Origin: Lama guanicoe
Lineage: Eukaryota
Assembly (NCBI GenBank): GCA_013239625.1
Contig: MU054220.1
Span: 124,001-188,000, forward strand
DNA length: 64,000 bases
Direction of reading: 5' to 3'
Within the stretch, counting starts at the first letter, position 1. Every line of letters starts with the position of its first letter. This document shows positions 1 through 13,209 of the stretch, one piece after another. The position numbers were made by a program, and so were the translations under genes. The notes under the pieces are model-generated. The model was not told the origin of the DNA and searched no databases. It worked only from the letters and a program-made list of their open reading frames with translations.

Positions 1-938
1 GCATAGTTTTTTCCACGTCCTTTGTAGGGCACATTTTACATCTTTGTTCCTCAAGCTATAGATCAAGGGATTTAACATGGGGATGACAAGGGTGTAAAAT
101 ATGGAAGCCACTTTATCAGTGTCAAAGGAATGACTGGACTCTGGTTGCACATACATAAATATCATAGTCCTGTAGAACACTGTGACCACTGTCAGGTGGG
201 ACCTACAGGTAGAGAAAGCCTTGTGCCGACTTTCAGTAGAGTTCATCTTGAGAACAGATTCAAGAATAAGCAGGTAAGACACAAGAACTATCAGAAGGGA
301 GAAAATCAAATTAAAACCTGCTAAGATCAGAATAATCAGTTCAATTTCANNNNNNNNNNNNNNNNNNNNNNNNNNNNNNNNNNNNNNNNNNNNNNNNNNN
401 NNNNNNNNNNTAGAAATGCTACATTGTAGCCACAGAAGGATAAATTAAATATCTTTACAGTGACTAGGAGAGAAACAAATGTGCAATAGAGATAGGGGAT
501 TGCCACCAGCACCTGACACACCCTTTGTGATGTGACGACTGTGTAGAGCAGAGGGTTACAGATGGCCACATAGCGATCATAGGACATTGCCGACAGAATG
601 AAAAGTTCACTAATGATGAACACAAGAAAGAAAGCTAGTTGTGTAGCACAGAGATAATAGGAGATTTTATTTTGATCTGCAACAAAATTTACCAACATTT
701 TGGGGCCCACTGTTGTTGAATAACCCAGATCAGTAAAAGCTAGGTGTCTGAGGAAGAAGTACATGGGTGTCTGTAGCCCAGAGTCCACCTTGGTGAGGAT
801 GACCATGCCCAAGTTGCCCACCACTGAGATCATGTAGATGACGAGGAAGAGCCCAAATAACGGAGCCTGCAGCTCAGGGCGGTCTGTGATGCCCATGAGA
901 ATGAATTCGCTCGGCACTGTTTGATTGTAGTTTTCCAT
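1..938 (-). pseudogene. OR8K3-like olfactory receptor, probable pseudogene (frameshift beside an assembly gap; 3' end runs off window)
   Basis: ATG at 938; motifs PMYFFL and [15 protein letters not shown]. Bases 1-349 translate as ...[13 protein letters not shown]...[16 protein letters not shown]. At 411-431 the sequence TAGAAATGCTACATTGTAGCC is 5 nt shorter than paralog TAGAAATGACTGATAACATTGTAGCC. Conserved Gly residues are replaced (ESR, CRSH, FYRT). Confidence 0.75.
350..410. other. Assembly gap (61 N)
   Basis: Run of N; the paralog at 24645-24689 has 45 nt at the equivalent position. Confidence 1.
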
Positions 939-1138
939 TCAGACTTATTAGAGAAGGTATTCTGAATAGAGACATCAGCATAGTCAATAGATTTTATGAA
1001 TTATCTCCTCAGAGATGTGTTAGTATGCAAAGCTAGTGTGAATAAGATTCATTTAAACATTCCAGGTTAGAATATTTGAAAATAGATTCATCTGCCAGAC
1101 ATTAAAATCTAGAGATAGAAAAAAATATGGAAATAGAT

Positions 1139-1289
1139 CAGTGGTTCTCTACTGGAGTGATTTTACTCCTCAGATAATATCTACTGGTTTGAGGCCAGTT
1201 AAGCTGTTCAGTATTTTACTGTATTTACTATCCAAACTGTAACAATATTCAGCCAGTGGTCACAATAGTATCAAAGCTGAGAAACCCTG
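1139..1289 (+). mobile_element. MER20-like hAT DNA transposon, internally deleted
   Basis: Termini CAGTGGTTCTC...GCTGAGAAACCCTG; same position relative to the ATG as the copies at 8488, 16335 and 25448. Confidence 0.65.
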
Positions 1290-1789
1290 ATGATATACAT
1301 ATAGACATATAGAGAGAGACAGACAGACAGAGTTACATAAATATGGATAACAAAACAAAAAAGAAAACACAATAAAACAATGTTAAACCTTCAGATATTG
1401 AATATATGGGCAGTTATTTAACCATTCTTTAAAATTTTCCTTTTACTATTTATATAGTACAATCACATAATGACATTTATAAAATGCATCAATAATAGAA
1501 CATAATACATATGACAATTATATAATACAAATTTCAAACCACAAATTCCAAAAGTCCATTTAACCCACTACTCAAAACATAGTCCTATGAAAGATCGTTT
1601 ACTTTCAGGTGGTACTTGCTGAAAAGTTAGTGCTTGGCAGATACGGATAAGTGTATGAATAAGCAAAGTATAATGGGTCTCAGTGGGGATTATTTTTGTT
1701 TATATGGTGAAACATACTGGGAAATATGTGTATGTAAATACAGTTTCTGCCATACCTTTATGTATGGTATAGACAAAGGGTTAATTGGG

Positions 1790-1900
1790 CAAATAGTGTA
1801 AATTATCTAAAACTGTTTATTCTCCTATACAAAGCAAAGTATTTTGCAGGGTCGTTGGAAAGGATAAAGATTCCATGATTCAATGAGTCTCTGTTACCTG
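1790..1900. mobile_element. Degenerate MIR-like fragment (paralogous copies near 16990 and 26110)
   Basis: TTGGGCAAAT...TTGCAGGGTCGTTGGAAAGGATAAA resembles the MIR core. Confidence 0.4.
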
Positions 1901-3665
1901 GAAGTATTTTTCAAATGTCAAATATATAGTTCTTTGTTTTTTTCTTTTTTAATAGTGATGGTAACTCTCCTGGAAAAGGTTTTATATATAAATTGATTCT
2001 CTGGACTGTGACTCTTTTGGTGGGGCTGTAGTGATGGGTAGTGAGGAACTGGTAGGCTGTAACACATGCAACTTACCCCAGTCCCTACCCTACCCCCTAT
2101 TCACGGGTAAACTTGAACAATTGAGTTGTTATTCTTTAGGATTACTTATCTTCTAATTTTAATCCATTTTACCAGCATTTTAATGCAAGTTCTTTTGATA
2201 TAAATATGCTTAAAATATTCTTACCCTTGCAGCACTTTCATTAAGACTGAAATACACTACCTTGTATGTAACAAATCAGAAGCACTATGTCATGCAAGAA
2301 ACTAGGGAACTACGAAGAAATCTGGGCCAACTGGGAGGAAACGAGGTCACTGGTAGTGGTTTTACATAGTGAAGCTTTGTAAAAATACGTTTTGGATTAT
2401 GGGATACAATACTTTTTTTTTTCTGATACAATACTTTAAAGAAAAAAATGTTTAAAATCATTTTTTTTTAAATCATGATGATGTACGATACCATAGACAC
2501 AAGATAAAACATGCCAAAGATGAGACATACATGGATTCCTAGATGTGATTTGAAATCCTTCTGCACATGAAGCCCACAGGAACTCTTTCAAACTATGATA
2601 ACGCACATAAGGCAGATAACCATGTACAAAATGACATGAAATGTATCTAAAATACCCTAAAAACCCACAGATAAAAAATTATAGCAGAGTAGGAGGTGAA
2701 TCACATGTTAAGGTAAGATAATTATTTTTGGTTTAAAACTTTCAGGCATCAACGCTCCAGGGTTTTTGTTGTTGTTATTGTTTGTTTTTTATTTTCTCTT
2801 TTTTTTTGAAGGAATAGAAATTATTCTTTTTAAGTAAAATTGCAAATCAAGAGTCTCTGAGTGGGCGCTAAGCAGACAAAAACATAGAATTTCACCACAT
2901 TAAATATAAAGGTAATTACATGCAATTTATGCTAAATTACTGAAAATGTTGCTTCTAAATTTGTGATCTCATGCTATTCTGCATTGCCTTGAAGCACACA
3001 CCTTTTTTCTTTTTTTTTTTTTTAAGAAACCTGGAAATGTGCATCTGTAGACTGTAATATCAGAGAAATAGTAAACCCAATAAAGAGGGGGATAAATCTT
3101 GGTTTTTGCTTGTTTTTTTTTTTTTCTTTTTGTTTCCCTATCATGGAAGGCTGAAAAAGCAAACAGCACGTGGTAAGTACAAATTTTCCCATAAGGTAAG
3201 GGAAGATAAAATCATTTTCCCACACCGGCTTTGGAGTTCGATGGAAAGAACCAAATTGTTCTTTCACAGTTTAGTATCTCTGTTGAATATTCAGTTTTTA
3301 ATTTTTTGAAGCTATACTCTTTGAGATAATTATATCTGGTTTCTGTCAGATCTCACTAGACAATGAAGCATATGCTGAACATTGCATCATCAACATAAAA
3401 CTGGGTGCTTAAAAGGCTCCTAGTGTCCCAGTAAAGCCTTTTCCACCTCAGTGTGAGGTGGCAACCTCTTTTTTCCTCATCAAGTTATCAAGTGAGAATT
3501 CTCTTTCTATGGTTATTTAAATGATCATTTAAAGTTAAATTACCTTTGAAAGGCTCACAAAAACAGTCCAGCATCACTAAAGAAGTATTTGGAAGGACAT
3601 CAAAATGAGAGACTGAATACCTGCAGTTTCTTAATTTTGGCAATTTAAAAAATTTCACACCTCTC

Positions 3666-3740
3666 TTTTTTGATAGAGGTGCTGGGGATCGAACCCGGGA
3701 CCTTGTGCATGCACTCTACCGCTGAGCTCTACCCTCCCCC
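3666..3740 (-). mobile_element. tRNA-Ala-derived SINE (Vic-1-like)
   Basis: Reverse complement reads GGGGGAGGGTAGAGCTCAGCGGTAGAGTGCATGCACAAGGTCCCGGGTTCGATCCCCAGCACCTC followed by an A tail; A and B boxes are present. Confidence 0.8.
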
Positions 3741-4029
3741 ACCACCCCCCTTAAAAGAAATATTTTACAAACAATAGGACAATGATTCAAAGAGGCATAT
3801 GAGCATTTAGCCTCTCAATCCATGTGACAGTATTCAACAATTTAGAAGAAAGAAAGAGTTCCTATTCTTGCTCTAGCATTATGGCTGTTAGAAAGAAAAC
3901 AGGACTGAATCAGAAATGGGCACATTTTGCTTTGGCTTTGCCCTGGAATTAGAATGAAACTTCGCAAATGTCACTGAGACAGTGCGGATATTGGTAGCAT
4001 ACGGTACCACATGAAATATGCTATCATTT

Positions 4030-4175
4030 TTACCTTTAATGAAGCCTCTGTCTTGACTCCCATATGTGTTTCTTAACATGGCATATTGAGAACAATTTAT
4101 ATATATTGTTCACCTTGTGAGACTCTCCCTGAGGAGATGCCAAGCAATTTGTTGATTATCCCTAAAGCATAGGAC
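4030..4175 (-). promoter_or_regulatory. Putative promoter/non-coding exon 1 of the OR at 1-938
   Basis: O/E-like TCTCCCTGAGGAGA at 4124-4137, TAATGA next to donor AAG|GTAAAA (GT at 4033-4032); module recurs upstream of each OR8K gene. Confidence 0.6.
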
Positions 4176-7100
4176 AGCACAGCAAAATGCCTGGAGGTCG
4201 TTCAATAATTGTCAAGGACAATTTGTTTTCACCAGTGAGTAAGTGTATTATTTGTTTAATTCCTATTTTTCACTCTTAGTTAACTTTCCATTTGTACCAC
4301 ACAGGACTAGTGAGTAAATGGTCGGATGTTTAGGACCAGATTATCAACAGTCCCCAACTCTTGGGGACTCTGTCCTATTACGTTCTTTGAAAAATTTAAA
4401 TAGAGTAAAAATGATGTATTAGGGAAATGTGACCTGTTATTTCCTTGATTTTAGTTGTTTTTGTTGTATCCCTTCCTTTCTGAAGTAGACATTCGTTATT
4501 CATTTTTCCTCACTTCATAGTGTGTTGCCATCTTTGACTAGTTACAACTTCTCTTTTGATATGTTTTTTCCTTAATTGCAGGTTGCAGCATTTCATTTAT
4601 TCCATTCTGTGCAATTCCTACTCCAATTTTTCTTTCCCACCTAGGTATCTTATAGTTCATTCAGATCTTCTTTGATTTATTTAATCAGCCTACTTTTCCA
4701 CATACATATCCTGCACATTCTCTGAGTTTCTTACTATTTCATTATACTTGTGTGATTGTAAGTTGTACATGTATATACAAGTGAGTATATACATATATAT
4801 TTTGATTTCTGCATGTTATTTGTATACATATATGAATTAACATCTTGCTGAACTCACTTTGTGGGGAGAATTCCTTGAGATTTTTCTATTCAACAGCATG
4901 TTGTTTGCATTACAGACCATCTTACTTCTTCTTTTCCAAGATGATGACTTTTATGCATCCCCCCCCCTTTTTTTTTTGGTACTTTCTGGGATTTCCTGTT
5001 TGACCTGCTTTATGCAATGATAGATGTATGCATTTTAGATTTGTTTGTAATTTAATTTTGGATTATTTACTCTTTTAAGTCAGCATCCTTTCCTCTGCAT
5101 AATAATTTTGAGAGTCATCCATGTTTTCATTGTACCAATAATTCACTACTTTTTATAGCTCTGTGATATTCACTTGCTTGGATAGCCCACAATTTGTTTA
5201 TCTGTTCTCAAGTGGATGAACTTCTGGATTGTTTCCAGTGTCTGACTGCCATAAATAAAAATTATATGGACATTTGCATACATATATTTGTAATGAAATG
5301 TGCTTTCATATCTTGTGGGTAAATACAGGGCAGTGGAATAGCTAAATACTATGTTAGAGTCATGTTTAATTTTTAAGACAGTGAATCTTTAATCAGATGG
5401 TTTAAAATACTTAGATATCATTTTATTTTCTATCAGTAATGTATGAAAGTTCCTTCACACAGAAACAACTAGATACTCTACCTGAATATAGTTTTATCTC
5501 ATTAAAATTTAAATGAAAATTATTTAGTGAATAATGCGACCGAGCGACTTTTTATGTTATGTACCAGTTCCTGATTTTTACATTTAATATTCTATGGAAA
5601 ATATATTTTCTGATACAAATTATGTATCTATTTGATAATGAAATAAAGACTAATTTTTTGAATGAATGAAATATATTTTCAAACTATGTAAATCTTAATA
5701 CATTTTTTCTTTTTGTTTTATAACCTGAGGGATAATCAAAGATACTCCATTATTTATTTTAGACGTGAGATACTGGGTTGCATTTATTCACAGTTTGTTT
5801 TTTCAATCCATATGTTACTAACATTGTACTGTATTTTTGTCCAAGATACATAATCTAGGGAAGACATTTTTAAAAAATATTTATGTATGCATAGCTCATA
5901 CTTAGGTATGTAATTTTTCTTAATAATTAAACAATAAACTGTAAAAATGCCAATAATATTTACCTCATTTACTATATATCCTTATGAATTATTTTTATTC
6001 AAATTTGATTGGCTTCACTGATAATTTTATTCCATGATGATGAACTCAGAAAACAGTTCAGTATCTCTATGATGTAAATAAGTCTATTGAATATTAAAAA
6101 GTAATACAAATGAACAAACAATAAGAGAATTTAATGAGGGTCCAAAAGACATGACAACTTTACAAATGACTACATATTACACTACACATTCACTAGAAAT
6201 ATAGTATCATCCAAATCATGGCATCATCTCATTTTGCTTCTTCTAAGTAGGGTCATCAAATTGATGTAGTCAAACAATGAATCTTAATCAAAACATAGTG
6301 ACCCTCATTCAGACCAAATTTGTGGAAAGGCAGCCAAATTAAAGCGAGGCAACACCCCAGTTTATCCCAGAGCAGACCTCATATGCAAGAAGACAAAAAC
6401 AACTAGAAAATGACTTTTAAACAGGAATTATTCTTATTTTTCAGAAAGATTTTTAAAAAAAGGTAACAATCCATTAAACAAAAGCAAGTGGTTAGGACTC
6501 AAGATCAGTTGGCAAGAAAAATAAAAAGTAAAAACCCAGGAAGCTTCTATGGCAAACCACAAGAAACAGAGCTCAATTGGTATATCCATTTTTATAAACA
6601 AATGGACTGATTTAGACAAACTTAGCTGCTGTGTTGATCTGGGTCGCCGAAATGCCAAGTATGTTGAGTTAATCAACTATCTAAGGTTCATATGTGAAAG
6701 TAATGATACTGATGAGAAAAGAGCCGGACACAAAGATCCCCTTGTGGGAAGGAGACATTGAGCAAATTCAGATGAGTTCAGATTACCACAGTACACTGAG
6801 CCTCCTTGAAATTAACATCAAGTGTGTTTTAACCCACCGTATAGAAACGAATGAAGGCTAAGCAGAAAGCATGTGCTTACAGGAAAGCAAACATACATAC
6901 ACACTAATATGCAGGCACTGGAACTTCTATTCTACTATTTGAGAATAACACAAGTCATTTTAATTCCCTGTCTGTACCAGCTAATGTTTTTCACTCTCAC
7001 GGATCATACCCACATTCTTTGCCTGTGGCTATAGTCTAACCCATATAATGGGACTCCCTAACCCATTAAACTGTAGCAGTAATTTACCTAATTATTATGT

Positions 7101-7288
7101 TTAAAATACATATTTATTGTTCATTAACTAATGCATTTAGAGCACTTAGAAGTATGGCTGGTGCTTAGAAGTCAATCTCTAAATACATGTTGAACTCATT
7201 TATCCTTCCTTTTCCCTCTGAGGGAGCACATAGCAATGCTTCCTAATGTTCATAGCTTAATTCAGAGGAACCACATAGTAAAATGAAT

Positions 7289-8230
7289 TTAAGAAAAGAT
7301 ATTGCATATTTTTTTCCATATCCTATGAACAGCATATTTTACATCTTTGTTCCTCAAGCTATAGATCAAGGGATTCAACATGGGGATAATGAGAGTATAA
7401 AATATAGAAGTCACCTTGTCAGTGTCAAAGGAATGCCTGGACTTGGGCTGCAAATACGTAAAGAGTAAAGTCCCATAGAACACTGTCGCCACTGTCAGGT
7501 GGGATCCACAGGTAGACCAAGCCTTGTGCCGACCCCCAGTGGAGTTCATCCTGAGAATGGCTACAAGGATATGCAAGTAAGACACAAGAACTATCAGAGG
7601 AGATGAAATCAAATTAAACACTGAGAAAATCATAATAATCAATTCAATATCCTGTGTATCTGAGCAGAGCAAAGATAACAAGGAGAGACAGTCACAGTAG
7701 AAATGACTGATAACATTGTAGCCACAGAATGATAAATTAAATATATTTACAGTGACTAGGAGAGAAACAAATGTGCTATAGAGATAGGGGATTGCCACCA
7801 GCAGCTGACATACCCTTTGTGACATGATGACTGTGTAGAGCAGAGGGTTACAGATGGCCACATAGCGGTCATAGGACATTGCTGACAGAATGAAAAATTC
7901 ACTAATGATGAACATAATGTAGAAAGCTCCTTGTGTGGCACAAAAATAATAGGAGATTGTATTTTGATCCACAACAAAACTTACTAACATTTTGGGTCCC
8001 ACGGTTGTTGAATAACCCAGATCAGTGAGAGACAGATGTTTGAGGAAGAAGTACATGGGTGTCTGTAGCCCGGAGTCCACCATAGTGAGGATGACCATGC
8101 CCAAGTTGCCCACCACTGAGATCACGTAGATGACGAGGAAGAGCCCAAATAACGGAGCCTGCAGCTCAGGGCGGTCTGTGATGCCCATGAGAATGAACTC
8201 GCTCAGAACGGTTCCATTGTGTGCTTCCAT
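7289..8230 (-). CDS. Olfactory receptor, OR8K3-like, intact 313 aa
   Basis: Single-exon 7TM ORF with NGT sequon, [23 protein letters not shown] and [15 protein letters not shown]; atypical KAWSTC. Confidence 0.93.
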   Translation of the reverse strand: MEAHNGTVLSEFILMGITDRPELQAPLFGLFLVIYVISVVGNLGMVILTMVDSGLQTPMYFFLKHLSLTDLGYSTTVGPKMLVSFVVDQNTISYYFCATQGAFYIMFIISEFFILSAMSYDRYVAICNPLLYTVIMSQRVCQLLVAIPYLYSTFVSLLVTVNIFNLSFCGYNVISHFYCDCLSLLSLLCSDTQDIELIIMIFSVFNLISSPLIVLVSYLHILVAILRMNSTGGRHKAWSTCGSHLTVATVFYGTLLFTYLQPKSRHSFDTDKVTSIFYTLIIPMLNPLIYSLRNKDVKYAVHRIWKKICNIFS

Positions 8231-8407
8231 CCAGGTTTATCAGAAAGCCTACTCTGGATAAAGACATCAGCACAGTCAACAGCTGTTGTGTACTATCAGC
8301 TGGTAGTGTTTTAGGATGCAGAGCTAGAACCAATATGACAAATCCAAATTTCCAATTCGGGGTATTTTAAAATAAACCCGCCTGCCACAGTAAACATATA
8401 TAACAAT

Positions 8408-8452
8408 GATAGATAGATAGATAGATAGATAGTCAGTCAGTCAGTCAGTCAG
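8408..8452 (+). repeat. Compound microsatellite (GATA)n(GTCA)n
   Basis: Read directly from the sequence. Confidence 0.95.
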
Positions 8453-8487
8453 TGATGATAGAGATAAGATTGGAGACAGAAATAAAT

Positions 8488-8717
8488 CAGTGGTTTTTCA
8501 ATCGGGGATGATTTGTAGCCCAAAGAACATCTGGTAATCTCTTGAGGCAGTTTGATTTCCACAAGTAGAGTGAGTGAAAGGGGGGAGCTACTGGCATCCG
8601 ATGGTTGGAGTCTAGTGATGCTGCCATTTGTCCTGCTACATTAGGACTAGATCCCCACACACAACAACAGTTTTATCAAAACCAAAATGTCAGTAAGGCC
8701 AAGATTTACAAACACTT
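8488..8717 (+). mobile_element. MER20-like hAT DNA transposon
   Basis: CAGTGGTTTTTCAATCGGGGATGATTT...GCTACTGGCATC...GATGCTGC...AAAATGTCAGTAAGGCCAAG matches my recall of the MER20 consensus. Confidence 0.85.
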
Positions 8718-8904
8718 ACATAGGCAGATATAGATGTAAATACAGATGTAAATACAGATATAGGCAGTATTTTTTTGAATGGTAAAAAAAATGTATATGA
8801 ATATCCCTAATAAGCTGCTAATTAAAAAAATACCAGAATAGAAGGAGGATGGCAGGGTAGAGTAAAATGATTAGTGGTTTAGAAAATTGACTATCAGGGT
8901 TTCA

Positions 8905-8992
8905 AAAGAAAGAGAAAGGAAAGAAAAGAAAGAGAAAGAAAGAAGGGAAGAAGGAGAAAGAAAGAAGGGAAGAAGGAAAAAGAAAAAGAGAA
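8905..8992 (+). repeat. GA-rich low-complexity purine tract
   Basis: AAAGAAAGAAGGGAAGAAGG repeats. Confidence 0.9.
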
Positions 8993-10111
8993 TTGATACT
9001 GGTTACAAGGAAAATATGTGTCCAGTGTCTTTTAGTGAGCCATAAGAAAGGGAATAGAAAAATACAGCACTAACAGCATTCAATTACATATCTATACTGT
9101 ATATGTTTACAGAAAATCCACCTTCTTCTCACATAAAATATGGCTTATAACCTTGTGAGTGTCTGACATCCTATCCCCATGTGCTTACCTCTCCATGTCA
9201 GAAATACTGAACTTCTCTTAAAAATATTTAAATCAAAGAAATAAGAAGCAATATAAATCTTGTTTAAGTACAATGATGAAAAGCTAAAGAAAAATTATAT
9301 TAAATGTTGATTTTCCAGTAAAATAAGGAACGTTACAGTTTCTGTCACCATTTTTAAACATCTATGGACAGCATCAAATTGCGTTTTCATACTTTACTAT
9401 CTGTGTTGATTATCTGACTACTATTTTTAAGGCTTTGTAACTTTTGAGAAAATTGAATGTGTTTCCTTCAGATTCCACTGGAAACCAAACATGCTGCATA
9501 TTGGACCATCACCTTAAAACTGGATACTTAAAAGTTTTCTGAACACCAAAAGTTATTTTTCATGTCAATGTTAGATTTTGGTCATTTTGCTCGTCAAAAT
9601 TTCAGGAAAAATTTCACATTTATAGATTCTTTAATTTCATATTAATTATTAGAATATTTTGAGATGAAAATAAGAAGAGCCACAGTTACCAACTGACTAA
9701 AGATTTAGAAAGACATCAAACCAGAACCTGACCACCTGCAGCTTCATGTTTCTGCCATAATTTTTATTATTTATTCCTGGCTCTTTATTTAGCCTTTCTT
9801 GTCCCACAGTTTTGTCCTTTCTTAATCATATGATTAATTATTTATATAGAATATAAATATTACATTAACAACATGGCACTGACATTTCAAAGATACTCAT
9901 TAGCATTTGTGAAAATATTTGAACAATTAATCTGAAGGGAAGGGGGGAAGTCCTGTTCTGCTCAGGCATTATTAATAGTAGGATGTACATGGAACTAGAA
10001 GTCCTCATATTTTGCTGTGCTTTGTCACAGAATGAAAGTGTTATCTTGCAAATGTCACCAAAACTGTTCAGATGTAAGTACAATATGATGCCTCATGAAA
10101 TATACTATCTG

Positions 10112-10255
10112 TTTACCTGTAATGGAACCTCTGACTTGGCTTCCCCATGTGCTTCATAAGTTGCGTAGTGAGATCAATTTATTCATTCTTTTTCACCCTC
10201 TGAGACTCTCCCTGAGGAGACCCCAAGCAATTTCTTGATTGTCCCTGAAGCACCG
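10112..10255 (-). promoter_or_regulatory. Putative promoter/non-coding exon 1 of OR 7289-8230
   Basis: TCTCCCTGAGGAGA at 10207-10220; donor CAG|GTAAAC (GT at 10116-10115); TAATGG adjacent. Confidence 0.6.
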
Positions 10256-10388
10256 AGATCACAACAGAAAAAGGGAGAGTGTGTTTATTAGTCCAGAACA
10301 ATTTTACACACTAGTGAGTTAGATATATTTTTGTATGTGTATTACATTTCTACCTTTTACTCCTGATTAATTTTCTTTTTTTCCCGAC

Positions 10389-10729
10389 TCTGATGTTTAT
10401 TTTCTGTCCATGTGGTTAGACTATGCCACCCAGTTGTTTGGTCAAACATTAGTCTAGATGTGGCTATGGGGATATTTTTCAAATGTGATTAACTTTTAAA
10501 GCAGTAGATTTTGAGTACAGCCAACTTCCTTCCAGAATATGGGGGGGCCCTTTTCTATGAAGAGTAAAGACTGAGAACCCCTAAAGAAAAAGGAATTCTG
10601 CTTCCAGATTGCCAGAAAGAAATTCTGCCTCAGTTTCCTGCACTTGTGCTCAGCATCCACCCTTGCTATCTGCCAGGCCCCACAATCACATTGTATAATC
10701 TTACATGGTCCTGTGTGAATATTGATACA
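10389..10729 (+). mobile_element. MLT2 (ERVL) LTR, MLT2D-like
   Basis: CCCAGTTGTTTGGTCAAACATTAGTCTAGATGTGGCT...AGTAGATTTTGAGTA...GGAATTCTGC. Confidence 0.8.
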
Positions 10730-11009
10730 GCTACAACTACACTTAAAATGATACGTATTTCCATTCTTAAGTGCTCACACAGCAGTGAGATCTCTTGATA
10801 AGAACAAATATAGTGTGTTAATGAATCTTGTTAACTATTTCAGATTAATTATATCAAAACGCTCTTCCACGAGTAAATATACAAGTTTTCCTCTCTGACA
10901 GTTGCCTTAACTGTGTTCTCTCTTGTTAATTATTACTACAAGGTGTGTGTATCTATTATTAACTTCTTCTTGTTTTTGGTTTGATTTTTGGTAGGTCTAG
11001 TAATTAAAT

Positions 11010-13150
11010 AAACACTTTATTGAGGCATCTTTGAATATAATAAACTGCACATATATAAACTGTAAAATTTGATGTTTTGACATATGTATGCATCTGTGAA
11101 ACATTAGAACAATCTTGATTGAAGAGTATACCCATCACCCCTAAAGTTTCTTAGCATCTCTGTAGTGCTTCCGTTCTTCTCTTTCTTATCCTACACTGTT
11201 CCAGGCAGCCTTAGACACGAGGTTTTATTTTTTTTAACTTTTTATGTTAAAGTAATTATAGAATTACAGGAAATTCTAAAAAAGAGCACAGAGAATCCTT
11301 GTGCCCCACTTAGCTTTTCTAGTAGTGACCACTTGCATAAATCCAGTACACTATCACAACCATAAAATTAACATAGCTACATTTCACTGACCAGATTTCA
11401 GCAGGTTTGCATGCACTCATTTGTGCCTTTGCATTGATACAGTTCCATGCAACTTTATCACACGTGCACACATGTAACCACCATAACAGTCAACATATTA
11501 CAACTTATTCCGTCACCACGATGCTATCTCCCATGCTGTTCCTTTAGAGACACACCCTTTCCTTCGGCTCATTTCCGTGTCTGTATCCCCTGGTAACCAC
11601 TAATCTATTTTTCTTCACTGTCATTTTAACTTTTGAAGAGTGTTTTATAAAGGAAATGCCATTTGTTACCTTCTGCAATAGGCTGTTTTTACCCAAGACA
11701 ATTTTCTTGGGGTCCATCCAGGCTTTCGTGTGCATTGATGTTTGTTCTTTTATTACTTATGAGGATTTGTCCGTGGTATTGATGATAGACTTCATTTACT
11801 CACTGAAAGACATATGGGGTGTTCCCAGTCTTAAACTCCTGCAGACAGAACTTCTATAACCATTTTCATCAAGGTGTTTGTCCAAACGTAAGTTTTCATT
11901 CCTGGGCTGAGTGCCCAAGAGTGTGAATGGCAGGTTGCTCTAATTCTGATGCAGTAAAACTTACTGATGTTTACTTTTACAGATAGTGATTTTGATGCTG
12001 TGTCTATAAACACTTCACTAATGATGGGTCCTAGATGGAGACTTTGCTCTGTGTTCTTGTCTAAATGTTTTATAGTTTTACATTTTACATTTTCTTCGAT
12101 TTTTAACCAGTTTGATTTACATAGGGTTTAGGTCAACATTGCTTGTAGCTTTCTTTGTTTTTCCTATGAACGTCCAGTTACTCCAAAACCATATTTAAAC
12201 ATTCTTTTGTTGACTCACCTTTGTACATGTATGAAGAATTAATCAGGCTTTGGCAAGGTCTACTTGTGAGCTCTCAGATCTTCTCCATCAATTGATGTGT
12301 CCATCTCTCCACCGGCACCACCCAGTCTTGATTACTGTAGCCATATACTACGTCTTAACATGGCATAGAATGTTTCCTCTTTATTATTCTACATTTTAAC
12401 ATGTGTTTTAGTTATGCTAGGTCCTTGGCCTTTCATGTACATTTTAGTATAAGGTCATCTGTATCTCCAAAATATCTTGCTGAGTGATTTTATTTGAGTT
12501 CATGTTAAACCTATAGATCACTTTGGACAGGACGGGTATCTTTATTATATTCAGTCTTCTAATTGTGAACTGAGTATGTCTACCAACTCATCGAGATCTT
12601 CTTTGATTTTTTTAATCAGTATTTATACTTTTCTGTATACAGATCTTCATTTTTTCTTAGTTTCACCAAAGTATTTCATTACACTTGGGTGATTTGGATG
12701 TTTCCTTATTTTCTACCTCACTATTTCATTATACTTGGGGTGCTTTAAATGGTATGTGTGTAAATTGAGTTTTGAATGTTAAACTTACCTCACTTTTCTG
12801 AGGTAAGTTAATAATCATTGTTCGCTATTGTTTTTTATATATTATTAGATTCAATGTGCAAAAATTTTGTTTAGAATTTTTGAATATGTGTTAAGACTGG
12901 TATTGTTATTATTTTTATAATAATACCTTCTCCTGCACTTTATACCAGAGGAAAATTCTTCTAATAAAGTTGGAAAATGAAACTTCTCTTTTGTTTTCTG
13001 GAAGAATAAGAAGATAATTGGTTACTTCTTTTTCCCTAAACATTATGTGGTGTTCCCTAGTAAAGGCACCTGGACCTGATTTTGGTGTGGAGTTATTTTT
13101 AATACAAATTTCTATTTGAGATCATTTTTTACTTGAATTTTTTATAGTGT
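11010..13150 (-). mobile_element. Old L1 (L1M-type) 3' region, fragmented
   Basis: CACTTTATTGAGG...TAAACTGCACATAT...AATTTGATG L1 3' end, followed by typical antisense L1 segments (GTCTTGATTACTGTAGC, CTATAGATCACTTTGG). Confidence 0.7.
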
Positions 13151-13175
13151 TTCTTAGTGTCCATACACGTGTATG

Positions 13176-13209
<34 letters not shown>

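Noticed and set aside
3666..3740. tRNA-Ala-like gene (also 60205-60282)
   Set aside because: The anticodon-arm region is deleted or degenerate, with an A-rich tail and SINE context: SINEs, not tRNA genes.
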